This document shows, one piece after another, positions 39,568-48,931 of a stretch of 64,000 nucleotides of DNA; within the stretch, counting starts at the first letter, position 1, and every line of letters starts with the position of its first letter. The notes below the pieces were generated by a model, which saw only the letters and a list, made by a program, of their open reading frames with translations, was not told the DNA's origin and did not search any database. The translations under genes were made by a program, and so were the position numbers. Source of the DNA: Spirochaetia bacterium. Lineage in GTDB: Bacteria > Spirochaetota > Spirochaetia > CADAEX01. Location of the stretch: assembly GCA_963662795.1 (NCBI GenBank), contig OY759746.1:3296001-3360000 (forward strand), read 5' to 3'.

Positions 39568-41526
39568 TTACATTAATCCTAATTCCTGAAACAATTTTTT
39601 ATAAGTTTTGAAATGCTCGGATTTAGCAAATTCTTCTATTTTTCCTTCCGGTAGAGCCTCGAGAAGCTGATCAAGGTAAACAAGTACTGACTTTATTTCT
39701 ATTTTAAGGTTTTCAGGGATGTCTTCGAGGTTCTTTTTATCAGCAAAGTCCTCAGTCTCTTCCATTCCAGCTATAGATTCCTCTTCCTGAGCTTCCCCGG
39801 ACTCCGAGCTATCAGGGATATCCATAGCAAAATCATCTTCCAGCTGTGATTCTTCATCTGTAAGTATTTCTGCTATGTTGTTTGTATCATCAAGATCTAT
39901 TGAAAAATCTTCTTCAGCAGGAGGTTCATCTTCAGGCTTTTGAGTACCAATTTTCACATCAGGTTTTTCAAAAGTTGTATCAAGCCTGGTTTCTTCATTT
40001 ATTTCCTGAATATAATTTTCAGGTTCATTATCTTTTGTTGTTTTTTTATCTTCTTCTTCTTCTTCTTCTTCTTCTTCTTCTGATAAATCTTCATGAATTG
40101 AAATTTCATCTTCAAGTGAAATTTCTTCATCCAGTGAAATATCTTCAAGTGAAAAATCTTCAGCTTCCGGGGTTTCCTTTGTAACCGGCCCTTCGTCCAG
40201 TGTAATTTCTTTATTATCATCCAAAGAGAAATCATCATCGAGAGTAATTTCTTCTTCAACCTCTTCTACAGCATCTTCCACTGTAAAATCGTTATCAAGA
40301 TTTATTTCTTCTTCAACCTCTTCTGCAGTATCTTCAACTGATAAACCGTTATCAGATTTTATTTCCTGTTCTGTAAAATCTTCATCAAGAGCTATTTCTT
40401 CATCGACTGCATCCAGATTAAGCTCATCATCAAGAGATATTTTTTCATTCCCGCTGTCAGGAATGTCAAGGGTAAGCTCATCATCAAGAGACATTTCAAA
40501 ATTATCAGGATTATCCTTTTCCTGATTGTTTTCATTATCAAAGGTTATTTCCTGTTCAGGTAAGGCAGAAAGATCATCTTCAGCTTTATCCTCGTCAGGA
40601 AGATTGTAATCATTTTTTTCTTTTAATTCATTTTCTGTATTGATTATATCTTCTTCAGTAATTTCTTCTGATGTATCAGATGCTTCACTGATTATTTCTT
40701 CAGGCTTTCCTTCAAGGAAATCAAGTTCTTCCTTGTTTTCCTCAAATAATTCTTCGGAAGGAATATCAATTTCAATATTTTCTTCAAAACTATCAGATTC
40801 CGGTTCAGGAACAGGTTCTGCAGAATAAGTTTCTGCGTCCGGCTCTTCTCCTTCCTCAAATACCTGCGATTCCTCTGTTATTTCCGCTGTATTGAAAATG
40901 TTGTCAAGTTCATCTCCGGTTAAAGCAATTGTCTCATCGCCGTCATCAGAGAAAAAACCTCCTGATGCAGTTTCATCTTCTTCAGGTGCTTCTGCCTCCT
41001 GAGTTTCCTTAGCTTCCATTTTTTTATATTTAGATAACTCCAGTTTAAGTTCGTGAAGTTCATTTTTTATGGAAGAAAGGTCGTTTTTGAGATCAGTTGC
41101 AATGCGGGAAAGCATTGCAAAAGATTTGCTGTCTTCCTCTTCAGCAAAGTCCTCTTTTTTTACAGAAGATTTCGATGCTTCTTTTGATTCAATTGACTGC
41201 GGTATTTCAATATCAATAAATTCTTCTTCCTCCAGGTTGTCAACATCGGATTCCTTATATTCCTCTTCAAAATCAAGATCATCTATTTCCTGAATGTTGA
41301 AAAGATCGTCTGTGTCTTCTCCGCTTTTAACATCTTCTTCAAGTGAATCAAGCAGTCTTTCTTCTTCCTCTGTAAGTAAAAAATTATCAGTACCGTTGTC
41401 AAGATCTGTCAGCTCAAAATCTTCAGAAGCAGATATACCTTTTTCATCTGTATAATTATCTGGACCGGACTTGACCCAAACTCCGTAATTCTCAAGTTCA
41501 TTTTCGTTTTTATCTACTTCCAGCAT
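39568..41526 (-). CDS. Highly acidic low-complexity protein with short folded termini
   Basis: Asp/Glu-dominated 652 aa; N-terminal ELENYGVWVKSGP, a coiled-coil, GGFF.DD.DETIALTGDELDNI, and a helical C-terminus EIKSVL.YLDQLLE.LPE.KIEEFAKSEHF.TYKKLF.ELG; AGGAG RBS. Confidence 0.85.
   Translation of the reverse strand: MLEVDKNENELENYGVWVKSGPDNYTDEKGISASEDFELTDLDNGTDNFLLTEEEERLLDSLEEDVKSGEDTDDLFNIQEIDDLDFEEEYKESDVDNLEEEEFIDIEIPQSIESKEASKSSVKKEDFAEEEDSKSFAMLSRIATDLKNDLSSIKNELHELKLELSKYKKMEAKETQEAEAPEEDETASGGFFSDDGDETIALTGDELDNIFNTAEITEESQVFEEGEEPDAETYSAEPVPEPESDSFEENIEIDIPSEELFEENKEELDFLEGKPEEIISEASDTSEEITEEDIINTENELKEKNDYNLPDEDKAEDDLSALPEQEITFDNENNQEKDNPDNFEMSLDDELTLDIPDSGNEKISLDDELNLDAVDEEIALDEDFTEQEIKSDNGLSVEDTAEEVEEEINLDNDFTVEDAVEEVEEEITLDDDFSLDDNKEITLDEGPVTKETPEAEDFSLEDISLDEEISLEDEISIHEDLSEEEEEEEEEEDKKTTKDNEPENYIQEINEETRLDTTFEKPDVKIGTQKPEDEPPAEEDFSIDLDDTNNIAEILTDEESQLEDDFAMDIPDSSESGEAQEEESIAGMEETEDFADKKNLEDIPENLKIEIKSVLVYLDQLLEALPEGKIEEFAKSEHFKTYKKLFQELGLM
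40051..40080 (-). repeat. (GAA)10 trinucleotide microsatellite encoding poly-Glu
   Basis: The + strand reads TTC x10, uninterrupted. Confidence 0.95.
40230..40343 (-). repeat. Imperfect 57-bp tandem duplication inside the acidic gene
   Basis: Units start at 40230 and 40287 and share TTTCTTCTTCAACCTCTTCT; they encode EDTAEEVEEEINLDND / EDAVEEVEEEITLDDD. Confidence 0.8.
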
Positions 41527-41755
41527 TTCAAACTCCTGATTTTAATAATATTAATCAATTAATACGAACTAATTAATTATCGTTGTTTTACAATAAAAAA
41601 TTGATAAATATTATCACTAAATGAATAAGATAAACATTTAAATTAGTATAAACTGAAAAAGAGCGGTTTTCAATCACGCTTTTTAAGTTTTTCCCTATTT
41701 TATATTTCTTGTTTAACGATAATATATATAATAAAATAAATATGGTTGTGTTTAA

Positions 41756-42352
41756 ATGAAAAAAATAACTTTTATATCTATATTTCTGATTCTTATAGTT
41801 CCTGCCCTGATTTTTTCAGATTCTGCGTCGGAAAATCAGAAACGGGGGTTTTCATACTTTTTTTCATATCCAGTTCTAATGCTGGATGATGAAGACCTGC
41901 CGTTTATATATGGCTTCGGGGCTGGAATGAACATTGATTTCGGAGGAAAAATACCGGTACTCAATTTGACCGGCATAGAATATTCTGCCAGCTACAGTCT
42001 CCTTGATTTTGATGATTATTATCACTATTTCTCTACCGGTCTCGGTTATTATATAAGATCATCCTTTGCAATACCGGTAAATGTCGGATTCAGATTTGGA
42101 GCAGGAGCAGGATGGGTCATCGAAACAGCGGCCGGTACAGATACAGATAATAACCGCAGAATGAACGGATTATATACTTCGTTTTCACCATTTATGGAAA
42201 TCAGGACACAGAGACACTTTTATTTTGTTGCAGGTTTTGAAGCGAGGGAACAAAACGTCTCCCAGTCTGATAATGAAAGCAGTGAAGACGGGAAAGACGA
42301 TGACAATGCCCACATTGATATAATATATTTAAGGGTCGGGTACAGGTATTGA
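41756..42352 (+). CDS. Putative small outer-membrane beta-barrel protein
   Basis: Signal peptide; alternating Gly/aromatic strands (GFRFGAGAGW); C-terminal LRVGYRY beta-signal. Confidence 0.65.
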   Translation: MKKITFISIFLILIVPALIFSDSASENQKRGFSYFFSYPVLMLDDEDLPFIYGFGAGMNIDFGGKIPVLNLTGIEYSASYSLLDFDDYYHYFSTGLGYYIRSSFAIPVNVGFRFGAGAGWVIETAAGTDTDNNRRMNGLYTSFSPFMEIRTQRHFYFVAGFEAREQNVSQSDNESSEDGKDDDNAHIDIIYLRVGYRY

Positions 42353-43752
42353 TGGATATGACATTTAATCAGGCGGGAAAAAAATATATGAATTATCCGG
42401 TAAAAAGATTTTTACTTGTTTTTTTATTTTTTGTGATTTTTTCATCTGTGCTTTCGGCCCAGGAAGAGGTTAAGTCGCTTAAATGGAAAGCAGTAGAGGG
42501 TGCATCGTATTATCTTGTAGAGATAAAAAAAGGGGAAAGGCTTGTCCAGAAGACTGAGACAGAAGATACTTTTATTCCTCTTGACCTTACGCAGGGAGAA
42601 TATCTATACAAAATATCAATATTCAACAAATTCAGAAAACTTATTGCAGAGTCAGACTGGCGGAATCTGTCAATTGAAAAGGAAATTCAGCCTTTTATAA
42701 GAAAAATCGAGCCTGAAATTGTTTATCTGTCTGATAAACCAGTCATACTCAGGGTTTTAGCCGATAACATCAAAGACAGTTCAGTCTTTACCCTTTCGGA
42801 AGGAGATAAAGCTGTTCAGGGAAATATAACTGCATCTGAAGATAATCTTTATACTGTTGAATTCAGTCCGGAAAAACTTGAACCCGGAAAATACGAAATA
42901 ACAGTACATAACAGGGAAGGCCTTAAGGATGTTTTTATAAATACTGTTGAAATAAGACTTTCTGTCAAACCTGTAATAGATGCTTTGGACAGAAAACAGC
43001 TTGAAAACGGATATGTCTACAGTGATATAATCATAAAGGGTAAAGGATTTGATTCAGGAATCATCCTTGAATTCAGAAACCGGGATACGGTTGTCAGACC
43101 TTCTTCCCTTGTTCTTGAATCGCCTGAAAAAATGACTGCTATTTTAGACCTCACATCTGCTCCGGCAGGAACCTATTCAGTATATGCTGAAAATCCTTCA
43201 GGTTTATCGGAATTATACCGCAGCAGACTTGAAGTGGTTGAACGAACAGACCTTGCGGCTGAGATTGAATCTCTCAAGGTTAAGAACGACCTTTTTACAA
43301 TACACAGCGGATTTTCCTACGGATATCTGCTGAACAACTATTCCGACTACCATAACTACAACTACTGGGGATATTCAACAAGGCTTCAGCTTGATTTTAA
43401 CAATGGTCTTTTTGACAAATATATCTGGCTTTCACCTTTCGGGGCGGAATTTGAATTTGACTATTACCCTAAGGATGTAGAATTCCGTGAACTTGGAATA
43501 AATATTTATTATAAAAGCCGCTTTAAAGAGCCTGTGAATTTTATAATAAGGGGCGGGGCAGGATTAAGCATGTTTGATGACGGGGATAATGGGCCTGGAG
43601 ACGGCCGTTATATGCAGGGAACTTTTGGCCTTGCTGTGAAAATCCTCCGGTATCTTTATTTCGATGTCTCGGCAGGCCCTAAAATCTGGATCGTTGATAC
43701 TAATTACATGAATTACTTAATCAGTACTTTTACTGCCGGGTATACATTCTAG
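42349..43752 (+). CDS. Putative outer-membrane protein with FN3/Ig-like domains and a C-terminal beta-barrel
   Basis: Signal peptide (start may be ATG 42388); LKW.AVEGASYY.V, G.Y.Y.I..FNKF; PGKYEITV.N and PAGTYSV..ENP.G Ig/IPT-like repeats; ends TAGYTF. Confidence 0.68.
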   Translation: MMDMTFNQAGKKYMNYPVKRFLLVFLFFVIFSSVLSAQEEVKSLKWKAVEGASYYLVEIKKGERLVQKTETEDTFIPLDLTQGEYLYKISIFNKFRKLIAESDWRNLSIEKEIQPFIRKIEPEIVYLSDKPVILRVLADNIKDSSVFTLSEGDKAVQGNITASEDNLYTVEFSPEKLEPGKYEITVHNREGLKDVFINTVEIRLSVKPVIDALDRKQLENGYVYSDIIIKGKGFDSGIILEFRNRDTVVRPSSLVLESPEKMTAILDLTSAPAGTYSVYAENPSGLSELYRSRLEVVERTDLAAEIESLKVKNDLFTIHSGFSYGYLLNNYSDYHNYNYWGYSTRLQLDFNNGLFDKYIWLSPFGAEFEFDYYPKDVEFRELGINIYYKSRFKEPVNFIIRGGAGLSMFDDGDNGPGDGRYMQGTFGLAVKILRYLYFDVSAGPKIWIVDTNYMNYLISTFTAGYTF

Positions 43753-43763
43753 GGCATAAATTG

Positions 43764-44873
43764 CTATTTTTCAAACCTGAAACATTTAAGCTCATTTATA
43801 GTCTGCGGTGCTGACTGTGAATTGTATAATCCGGAATCAGGATATCCGTCTCTGTTTATTTTCATAATATTTATATAGGAAGAAGGCGCTGTCCCGGATG
43901 AGAATACAAGAAATTCGCCGAACGGATCTGCCTCCATTGCCTGAAAATCCGTTATTGACGCTGTGGGGAAATTTTTAATTATACCGTCCACATTTCCGTC
44001 GCTGTAAATTTTAAGGCAGAAGATGTTAGGTTCCGCATTGTGTGCAAAATAAAGCATTTCTTCAGGTTTATTAAAGGAAACAAATCTGTTTCCGCCTGGT
44101 ATTATGTTCACAAAATTTCTTACAGTATTAATTTCTCCGCTGTCAATTCCAAAATTATAGACATAAATACCTATATACGGGGGAGGCGATATACTGTCTC
44201 TGAATATGCAGATCCTGTCATAAGCTGTGACTGCAGTCGGGTTTGATTCAAGTCCCCCCAGTATAGTTGAAGAATTATAGCTTCCGTCAGGATTGATATC
44301 AGTTCTGTACCATGAACCCGTAGGTACGGAGTAAAACATGAATGCACTGTAATTAATGCTTTTGGCAGTCGTAACTGTAGATGGGAGGGTTACGGGATAT
44401 CCTCCAAGAACTGTAAGGGTTCCTGATGCCTGTGAATAACTGTACCCATAAAAATTGTTACTTGTATCATATAAGGCAAATATATAGTTATTGATGTCTG
44501 TGAATATTATTTCATTAATACTTATACCGGGTAAAGGAAGGACAGGATAACCAGGCAGGTCCGAGAGGGATCCGTCTCCGTTTATGTTAAAACCGTAGAT
44601 GCTGTCCCCGGAGGCCGCAAAAAGCCTTTGATTTGTCTTATCGATTATTATACTGCCTACATTCCCTGCAAGAGACCTTTGTAGAATTTTAACGAGCGAG
44701 CCGTTTTCCGGGTCAAGCTTAAATGCCAGTATATCTGTACTGCCTCCGGCATACACAAAAAGCGGGCCGTAATCATTGAATCCGCCAATATCGCTGAAAT
44801 TTCCTATTTTGCAGGAAGTAAACAGGAAAAGAGGCAATGCTGACAGCATGATGGTCAGTTGTTTAATCTTCAT
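43764..44873 (-). CDS. Lipoprotein with lactonase-like beta-propeller repeats
   Basis: Lipobox LFTSC; repeats AFKLDPENGSL, GFNINGDGSL..LPGYP, GYSYSQASGTL..LGGYP. Confidence 0.72.
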   Translation of the reverse strand: MKIKQLTIMLSALPLFLFTSCKIGNFSDIGGFNDYGPLFVYAGGSTDILAFKLDPENGSLVKILQRSLAGNVGSIIIDKTNQRLFAASGDSIYGFNINGDGSLSDLPGYPVLPLPGISINEIIFTDINNYIFALYDTSNNFYGYSYSQASGTLTVLGGYPVTLPSTVTTAKSINYSAFMFYSVPTGSWYRTDINPDGSYNSSTILGGLESNPTAVTAYDRICIFRDSISPPPYIGIYVYNFGIDSGEINTVRNFVNIIPGGNRFVSFNKPEEMLYFAHNAEPNIFCLKIYSDGNVDGIIKNFPTASITDFQAMEADPFGEFLVFSSGTAPSSYINIMKINRDGYPDSGLYNSQSAPQTINELKCFRFEK

Positions 44874-44975
44874 ACAAATAATATTATATATTTATCCCGA
44901 TTTTATATCAACTTTTATAATTTCATATCATGCTGCCCTTTAGAATATGGATTAAACAGCCGTAATTATGAATGT

Positions 44976-45419
44976 ATGAACCTCACTTCAAGAATTATTG
45001 CGGCTTCCTATATTATGGTTATTGTTTACCTTTCCCTCTCTTTCATTTACGGGCGGACAGGCCTCCTTTCAACAGAAGAGCTTGGACTGTACCGGCAGAA
45101 ACTGTATACAAACATTAATGAGCTTAAAAAAATAAACAGGGATTTTTCAAAGAAACTCCAGCCGCTTAATACGATGGAAAATATAAAACTCAGGGCAAGA
45201 GAAATGGGGTATATTTCTTCCAATGAGAGAAAAATATTTCTTGAAGGAATTGAAAGACCGGATATATATCATTCGCTGGGTACAATAATTTTCAGACATG
45301 ATTCAAATCAGGATAACAGTCAGATAATCAGATCAGTGAGTCTTATTTTTTCATTGTTATTTTACATTTTTTCCAGTATAGTATTAACCGGAAGAAATGG
45401 TATTAAAAAAATCAGATAA
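44976..45419 (+). CDS. Septum formation initiator (DivIC/FtsB-like) protein
   Basis: TM helix then YG..G, coiled coil, and IK.RAREMGY....E; start set at ATG 44976. Confidence 0.72.
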   Translation: MNLTSRIIAASYIMVIVYLSLSFIYGRTGLLSTEELGLYRQKLYTNINELKKINRDFSKKLQPLNTMENIKLRAREMGYISSNERKIFLEGIERPDIYHSLGTIIFRHDSNQDNSQIIRSVSLIFSLLFYIFSSIVLTGRNGIKKIR

Positions 45420-45963
45420 TGATATAATAATAAAAATAACAGAAAATCTCAAAAATAACGGTGTTGCAATAATGCCATGCGATACCATTTACGGCATTGT
45501 CGGTATTCCGGGTACTGCTGAAGTCCGGATAAGGGAAATAAAGGGAAGGGGAGAAAACAAACCGTTTATTAAACTGATATCTTCAGCAGACTATATTAAA
45601 AGTATTTCTTACGATAATTTGGACAATCGCATACTTTCCCTGTGGCCAGGGCCTCTGACAGTCATTATCGAAGCTGGTAACGGGGAAACTGAGGCCTTAA
45701 GAGTTCCTCAGGACAGCTTTCTGCTTGAGATATTATCACTTCTTGGAAAACCTCTTGTTTCAACAAGCGTTAACAGAAGCGGAAATCCTGCAATGAATAA
45801 TATTGCAGAAATAATTAAAAATTTCGGGAAGTCAGTTGATTTGATTATTGACGGAGGCGATATGAGAGAATCTGTGCCTTCAACAATTGTTGATTTAACA
45901 TCAAAACCCTATAGAATACTCAGGCAGGGAAAATGTGTTGTTCCTGCTGAATTTCTGGTATAG
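45397..45963 (+). CDS. tsaC: L-threonylcarbamoyladenylate synthase (TsaC/YrdC, short form)
   Basis: PCDTIYGI, KGR...KP, WPGPLT, RVP, STSVN.SG, PSTIVD. Confidence 0.92.
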   Translation: MVLKKSDNDIIIKITENLKNNGVAIMPCDTIYGIVGIPGTAEVRIREIKGRGENKPFIKLISSADYIKSISYDNLDNRILSLWPGPLTVIIEAGNGETEALRVPQDSFLLEILSLLGKPLVSTSVNRSGNPAMNNIAEIIKNFGKSVDLIIDGGDMRESVPSTIVDLTSKPYRILRQGKCVVPAEFLV

Positions 45964-45968
45964 CCTTA

Positions 45969-47000
45969 ATGATTCAGAAAAAGAACAAGCTGATTTACTT
46001 CAATTTTGCAGAACTTTTACCTGAAGACAACTATTTTTTTAATCATTTTGAAAAGGACTGCCTTGCATCAGGCCATGACAGGGCCCTTATCAACTGGGGA
46101 GGGAGTTTTCCCTGGAATTTTGATGATAGACTTTCACTTGTCGAACACATTCATGAAAAAACTATTACAGCGCTAAGCGGCAGAATGAAAAACAGCATTT
46201 TTTCCATACTGCCGGTTTTCCCTCTTATCGGAGGTATGGATTTCCTTCTTTCCTTTCCTTCATATTGTCACTTGCGGCTTGACGAATACTGCAGTGCTCT
46301 TAATATTGAATCAGCCGGCGCATTATTACTGCTTAATGAAATAATAGATGATTATACAAGCCTTGCCTGCAATACTGATGAAGCTGCATTTAATCTGACG
46401 GCTGTATCTTCTCTTAAAAATGAAAAGAGAATTAATCAGACTGCAGATGTTATTTCATCAGTTTTAGTCAGTAATCCGCAGTTCAGGATCATCTATCTTG
46501 TCGGATATAAAAAAGACCTGATTTTGATTGAAAAAATCAAAAAAAATATTAACTTTAAGGATATGGCAGTACTTTTTATGAATGATTATCCGGAATATAT
46601 TAATTCCGGAAATATCGGAAAGGGCGATTTGACATCAGCAGAACCGGTTTTTTTTCTGCCGGATAATGTTAAACAGCTTATGGAAAGCTATAATCTTGAT
46701 ATTAAATATGCATGGGACCTGCTCAGATTTTTAAAGTCAGGTCTGTATAAAATCAAATACAGCCTGGCGATTCCCTATTATGAATTTTCAACCCTGTCTG
46801 TATGCAATAAAGAGCTTGTTGATCTTTTTTCAAAAATCGTCAAGACTACCGGGATTATTAAAAAGAATCTTGACGGCAGACTGAATAAGAATAATATTAA
46901 TCTCTATTTTGATTCTGCAACAGGAATTATAAAAAAAGAGATTATGCTGATAAAATACGATATTGAAAACATTAAATCAAAGATTAGGGGAGACTTTTGA
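45969..47000 (+). CDS. Hypothetical protein (faint GH20-like N-terminus)
   Basis: 343-aa ORF in operon; ALINWGGSFPW resembles the xxEWEDxFPW segment of hexosaminidase-D-like proteins. Confidence 0.6.
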   Translation: MIQKKNKLIYFNFAELLPEDNYFFNHFEKDCLASGHDRALINWGGSFPWNFDDRLSLVEHIHEKTITALSGRMKNSIFSILPVFPLIGGMDFLLSFPSYCHLRLDEYCSALNIESAGALLLLNEIIDDYTSLACNTDEAAFNLTAVSSLKNEKRINQTADVISSVLVSNPQFRIIYLVGYKKDLILIEKIKKNINFKDMAVLFMNDYPEYINSGNIGKGDLTSAEPVFFLPDNVKQLMESYNLDIKYAWDLLRFLKSGLYKIKYSLAIPYYEFSTLSVCNKELVDLFSKIVKTTGIIKKNLDGRLNKNNINLYFDSATGIIKKEIMLIKYDIENIKSKIRGDF

Positions 47001-47977
47001 AAATGAAACTTAATACCAGATATCTTGGACTTGATCTGAAAAATCCTGTTATTGTATCCAGTTCAAAACTTACAGGAAACCTGGAAAAAATTGCGGAGCT
47101 CGAGGAAAAAGGTGCGGCAGCTGTAGTTCTGAAATCGCTCTTTGAAGAGCAGATACTGCTTGATACACAGAATATGGTAGACAATGTTGATACATCTTAT
47201 CATGCGGAAGCATTCAACTATTTCTCACAGTCTGCGATCGGTCATTTTATGGACGAATATCTTTCACTGGTTGATGAAGCGGGGAAAAAAGTATCGATAC
47301 CTGTAATTCCAAGTATTAATTGCACTACAGACGGCACATGGATAGAATACGCCAAAAGATTTGAAAAAGTCGGTGCAAAGGCGCTTGAACTTAATATTTT
47401 TATACAGCCTCATGATCTTAGGAAAACATCTGCTGAGCTTGAAGAAACCTACCTGAGCATTATCAGAAAAATGAAATCTGCAGTTTCAATTCCTTTTGCA
47501 TTGAAAATCAGCACATATTTTACAGGGCTTGCAAATGTGATGAAAAAATTTTCTGATGAAGGGGCAGCCGGTCTTGTTCTTTTTAACAGGTATTACAGGG
47601 CTGATATTGATATTGATAACCTGAAAGTAATCGGCGGATCATTTATAAGTCATCCGAGTGAAATGCTTACATCACTGCAGTGGATTGCAATACTTGCAGG
47701 AAAAATTAATGCAAATCTTTCAGCTACTACCGGTATACACTCCTATAAAGATGCTGTGAAACTTCTCCTCGCAGGAGCTGATACTATTCAGCTCTGTTCT
47801 ACTATTTATAACAACGGAACGGAGCAGATACCGGAAATACTTAAAGGTATTGAAGGATGGATGAGAAAGCACAAATTCAAATCCATTGACGAATTCCGCG
47901 GATTGATGAGTGAGGAAAAAAGTACCGGCAATTATAAAAGGGCGCAGTTTATTAAGACACTTGTCGGTATTGAATAA
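46997..47977 (+). CDS. Dihydroorotate dehydrogenase-like FMN protein (DHOD-like family)
   Basis: YLGL.LKNP.I.SSS, VVLKSLFEEQI, PVI.S.N, ALELN, GLVLFNR, A.TGIH, GAD..QLCS. Confidence 0.88.
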   Translation: MKMKLNTRYLGLDLKNPVIVSSSKLTGNLEKIAELEEKGAAAVVLKSLFEEQILLDTQNMVDNVDTSYHAEAFNYFSQSAIGHFMDEYLSLVDEAGKKVSIPVIPSINCTTDGTWIEYAKRFEKVGAKALELNIFIQPHDLRKTSAELEETYLSIIRKMKSAVSIPFALKISTYFTGLANVMKKFSDEGAAGLVLFNRYYRADIDIDNLKVIGGSFISHPSEMLTSLQWIAILAGKINANLSATTGIHSYKDAVKLLLAGADTIQLCSTIYNNGTEQIPEILKGIEGWMRKHKFKSIDEFRGLMSEEKSTGNYKRAQFIKTLVGIE

Positions 47978-47996
47978 GGAATAATCCCGGTTGATT

Positions 47997-48054
47997 ATCA
48001 GGCCCGCCTTTTTTACTCAATTTATAATTGGCTTAAAAAGCGGGCTGATTTTTT
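47997..48054. terminator. Probable rho-independent terminator between convergent genes
   Basis: ATCA-G-GCCCGC-C-TTTTT pairs with AAAAA-GCGGGC-TGAT, followed by a T-run. Confidence 0.65.
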
Positions 48055-48059
48055 AAACG

Positions 48060-48797
48060 CTACATCAGTCCTGTCTTTGAGAGGATTATTGCAAGTCCCG
48101 CGGCACAGGCCGTTTCTGTTTTTAATACTCTTTCTCCAATGCTGTAAAGATTGAAACCGTAATCATAAAGGGTCTGTCTTTCTTTTGCGCTCCATCCCCG
48201 TTCGCCGCCAACCGCGAGAACTATGTGGTTTTTATCTTTTTTATCTGTTTCCCGGAATTGCAGTGCACCAAGCGGCTTCTCTGCTTCGTAGTTATCCAGG
48301 GCGGCCCTGACTGTATACTTATCCGGAATATTTTTAAGGCATTCTGAAAATGACTGAAATAGTCTGACTTCAGGAATATCTGCGGCAAAAGCCTGGGATG
48401 CTCCTTCTATCAGATAATTTTTATAGTTTTCCTTTTTCCATAAAGAACTGTCCATATAGGATTTTTCCGATTTTTCAAGTACAGCGAGAAAGAGTGCGGT
48501 GATTCCGATAGTAGCAGAATTTTTCAGTATTTTTTTTGCTTCAGGAGGACGGGTTACTGCAGTTAAAAGGATAACAGGGTTTCTTTTAATACTTCTTGCT
48601 GTATATGTAAAAGTGAAAATAATTTCCCTTGTGTCAATGCTGTTTATAAGGGCCTTTCCTGTTCCGGTATTTATAACTCCTGCATCGAAACTTTCGCCGG
48701 AGGATAATTTAAGTATCTTTTTTATGTGAATCGCCCTGGCATCATTTAAAGGCAGCGGTACGTTAATTTCCTCTGGTGTAAATAGAATTATATTCAT
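48060..48797 (-). CDS. rsmE: 16S rRNA m3U1498 methyltransferase RsmE
   Basis: HI..ILK, EKSY, GA.QA, AVGGERGWS..ER, GERVLKTETA SPOUT motifs. Confidence 0.9.
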   Translation of the reverse strand: MNIILFTPEEINVPLPLNDARAIHIKKILKLSSGESFDAGVINTGTGKALINSIDTREIIFTFTYTARSIKRNPVILLTAVTRPPEAKKILKNSATIGITALFLAVLEKSEKSYMDSSLWKKENYKNYLIEGASQAFAADIPEVRLFQSFSECLKNIPDKYTVRAALDNYEAEKPLGALQFRETDKKDKNHIVLAVGGERGWSAKERQTLYDYGFNLYSIGERVLKTETACAAGLAIILSKTGLM

Positions 48798-48804
48798 TAA
48801 TTTT

Positions 48805-48833
48805 ATAGTAATTTTATGTTAATATTATTTCAA
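48805..48833 (-). promoter_or_regulatory. sigma70-like promoter of rsmE (leaderless geometry)
   Basis: On the minus strand: TTGAAA, 17 nt, TACTAT, 7 nt, ATG; no SD. Confidence 0.55.
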
Positions 48834-48931
48834 CCATGATTATCTTATAATTTATTGTGGTTGACTTGAAAAAGGGATAGAAATAGAATATTAAACTGCT
48901 TAGTAATTTAACAGGAGATTAATATATAATA

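Noticed and set aside
39999-40259. Poly-Lys ORF and antisense poly-Leu ORF (39882-40184)
   Set aside because: These are alternate-frame shadows of the GAA-rich acidic gene.
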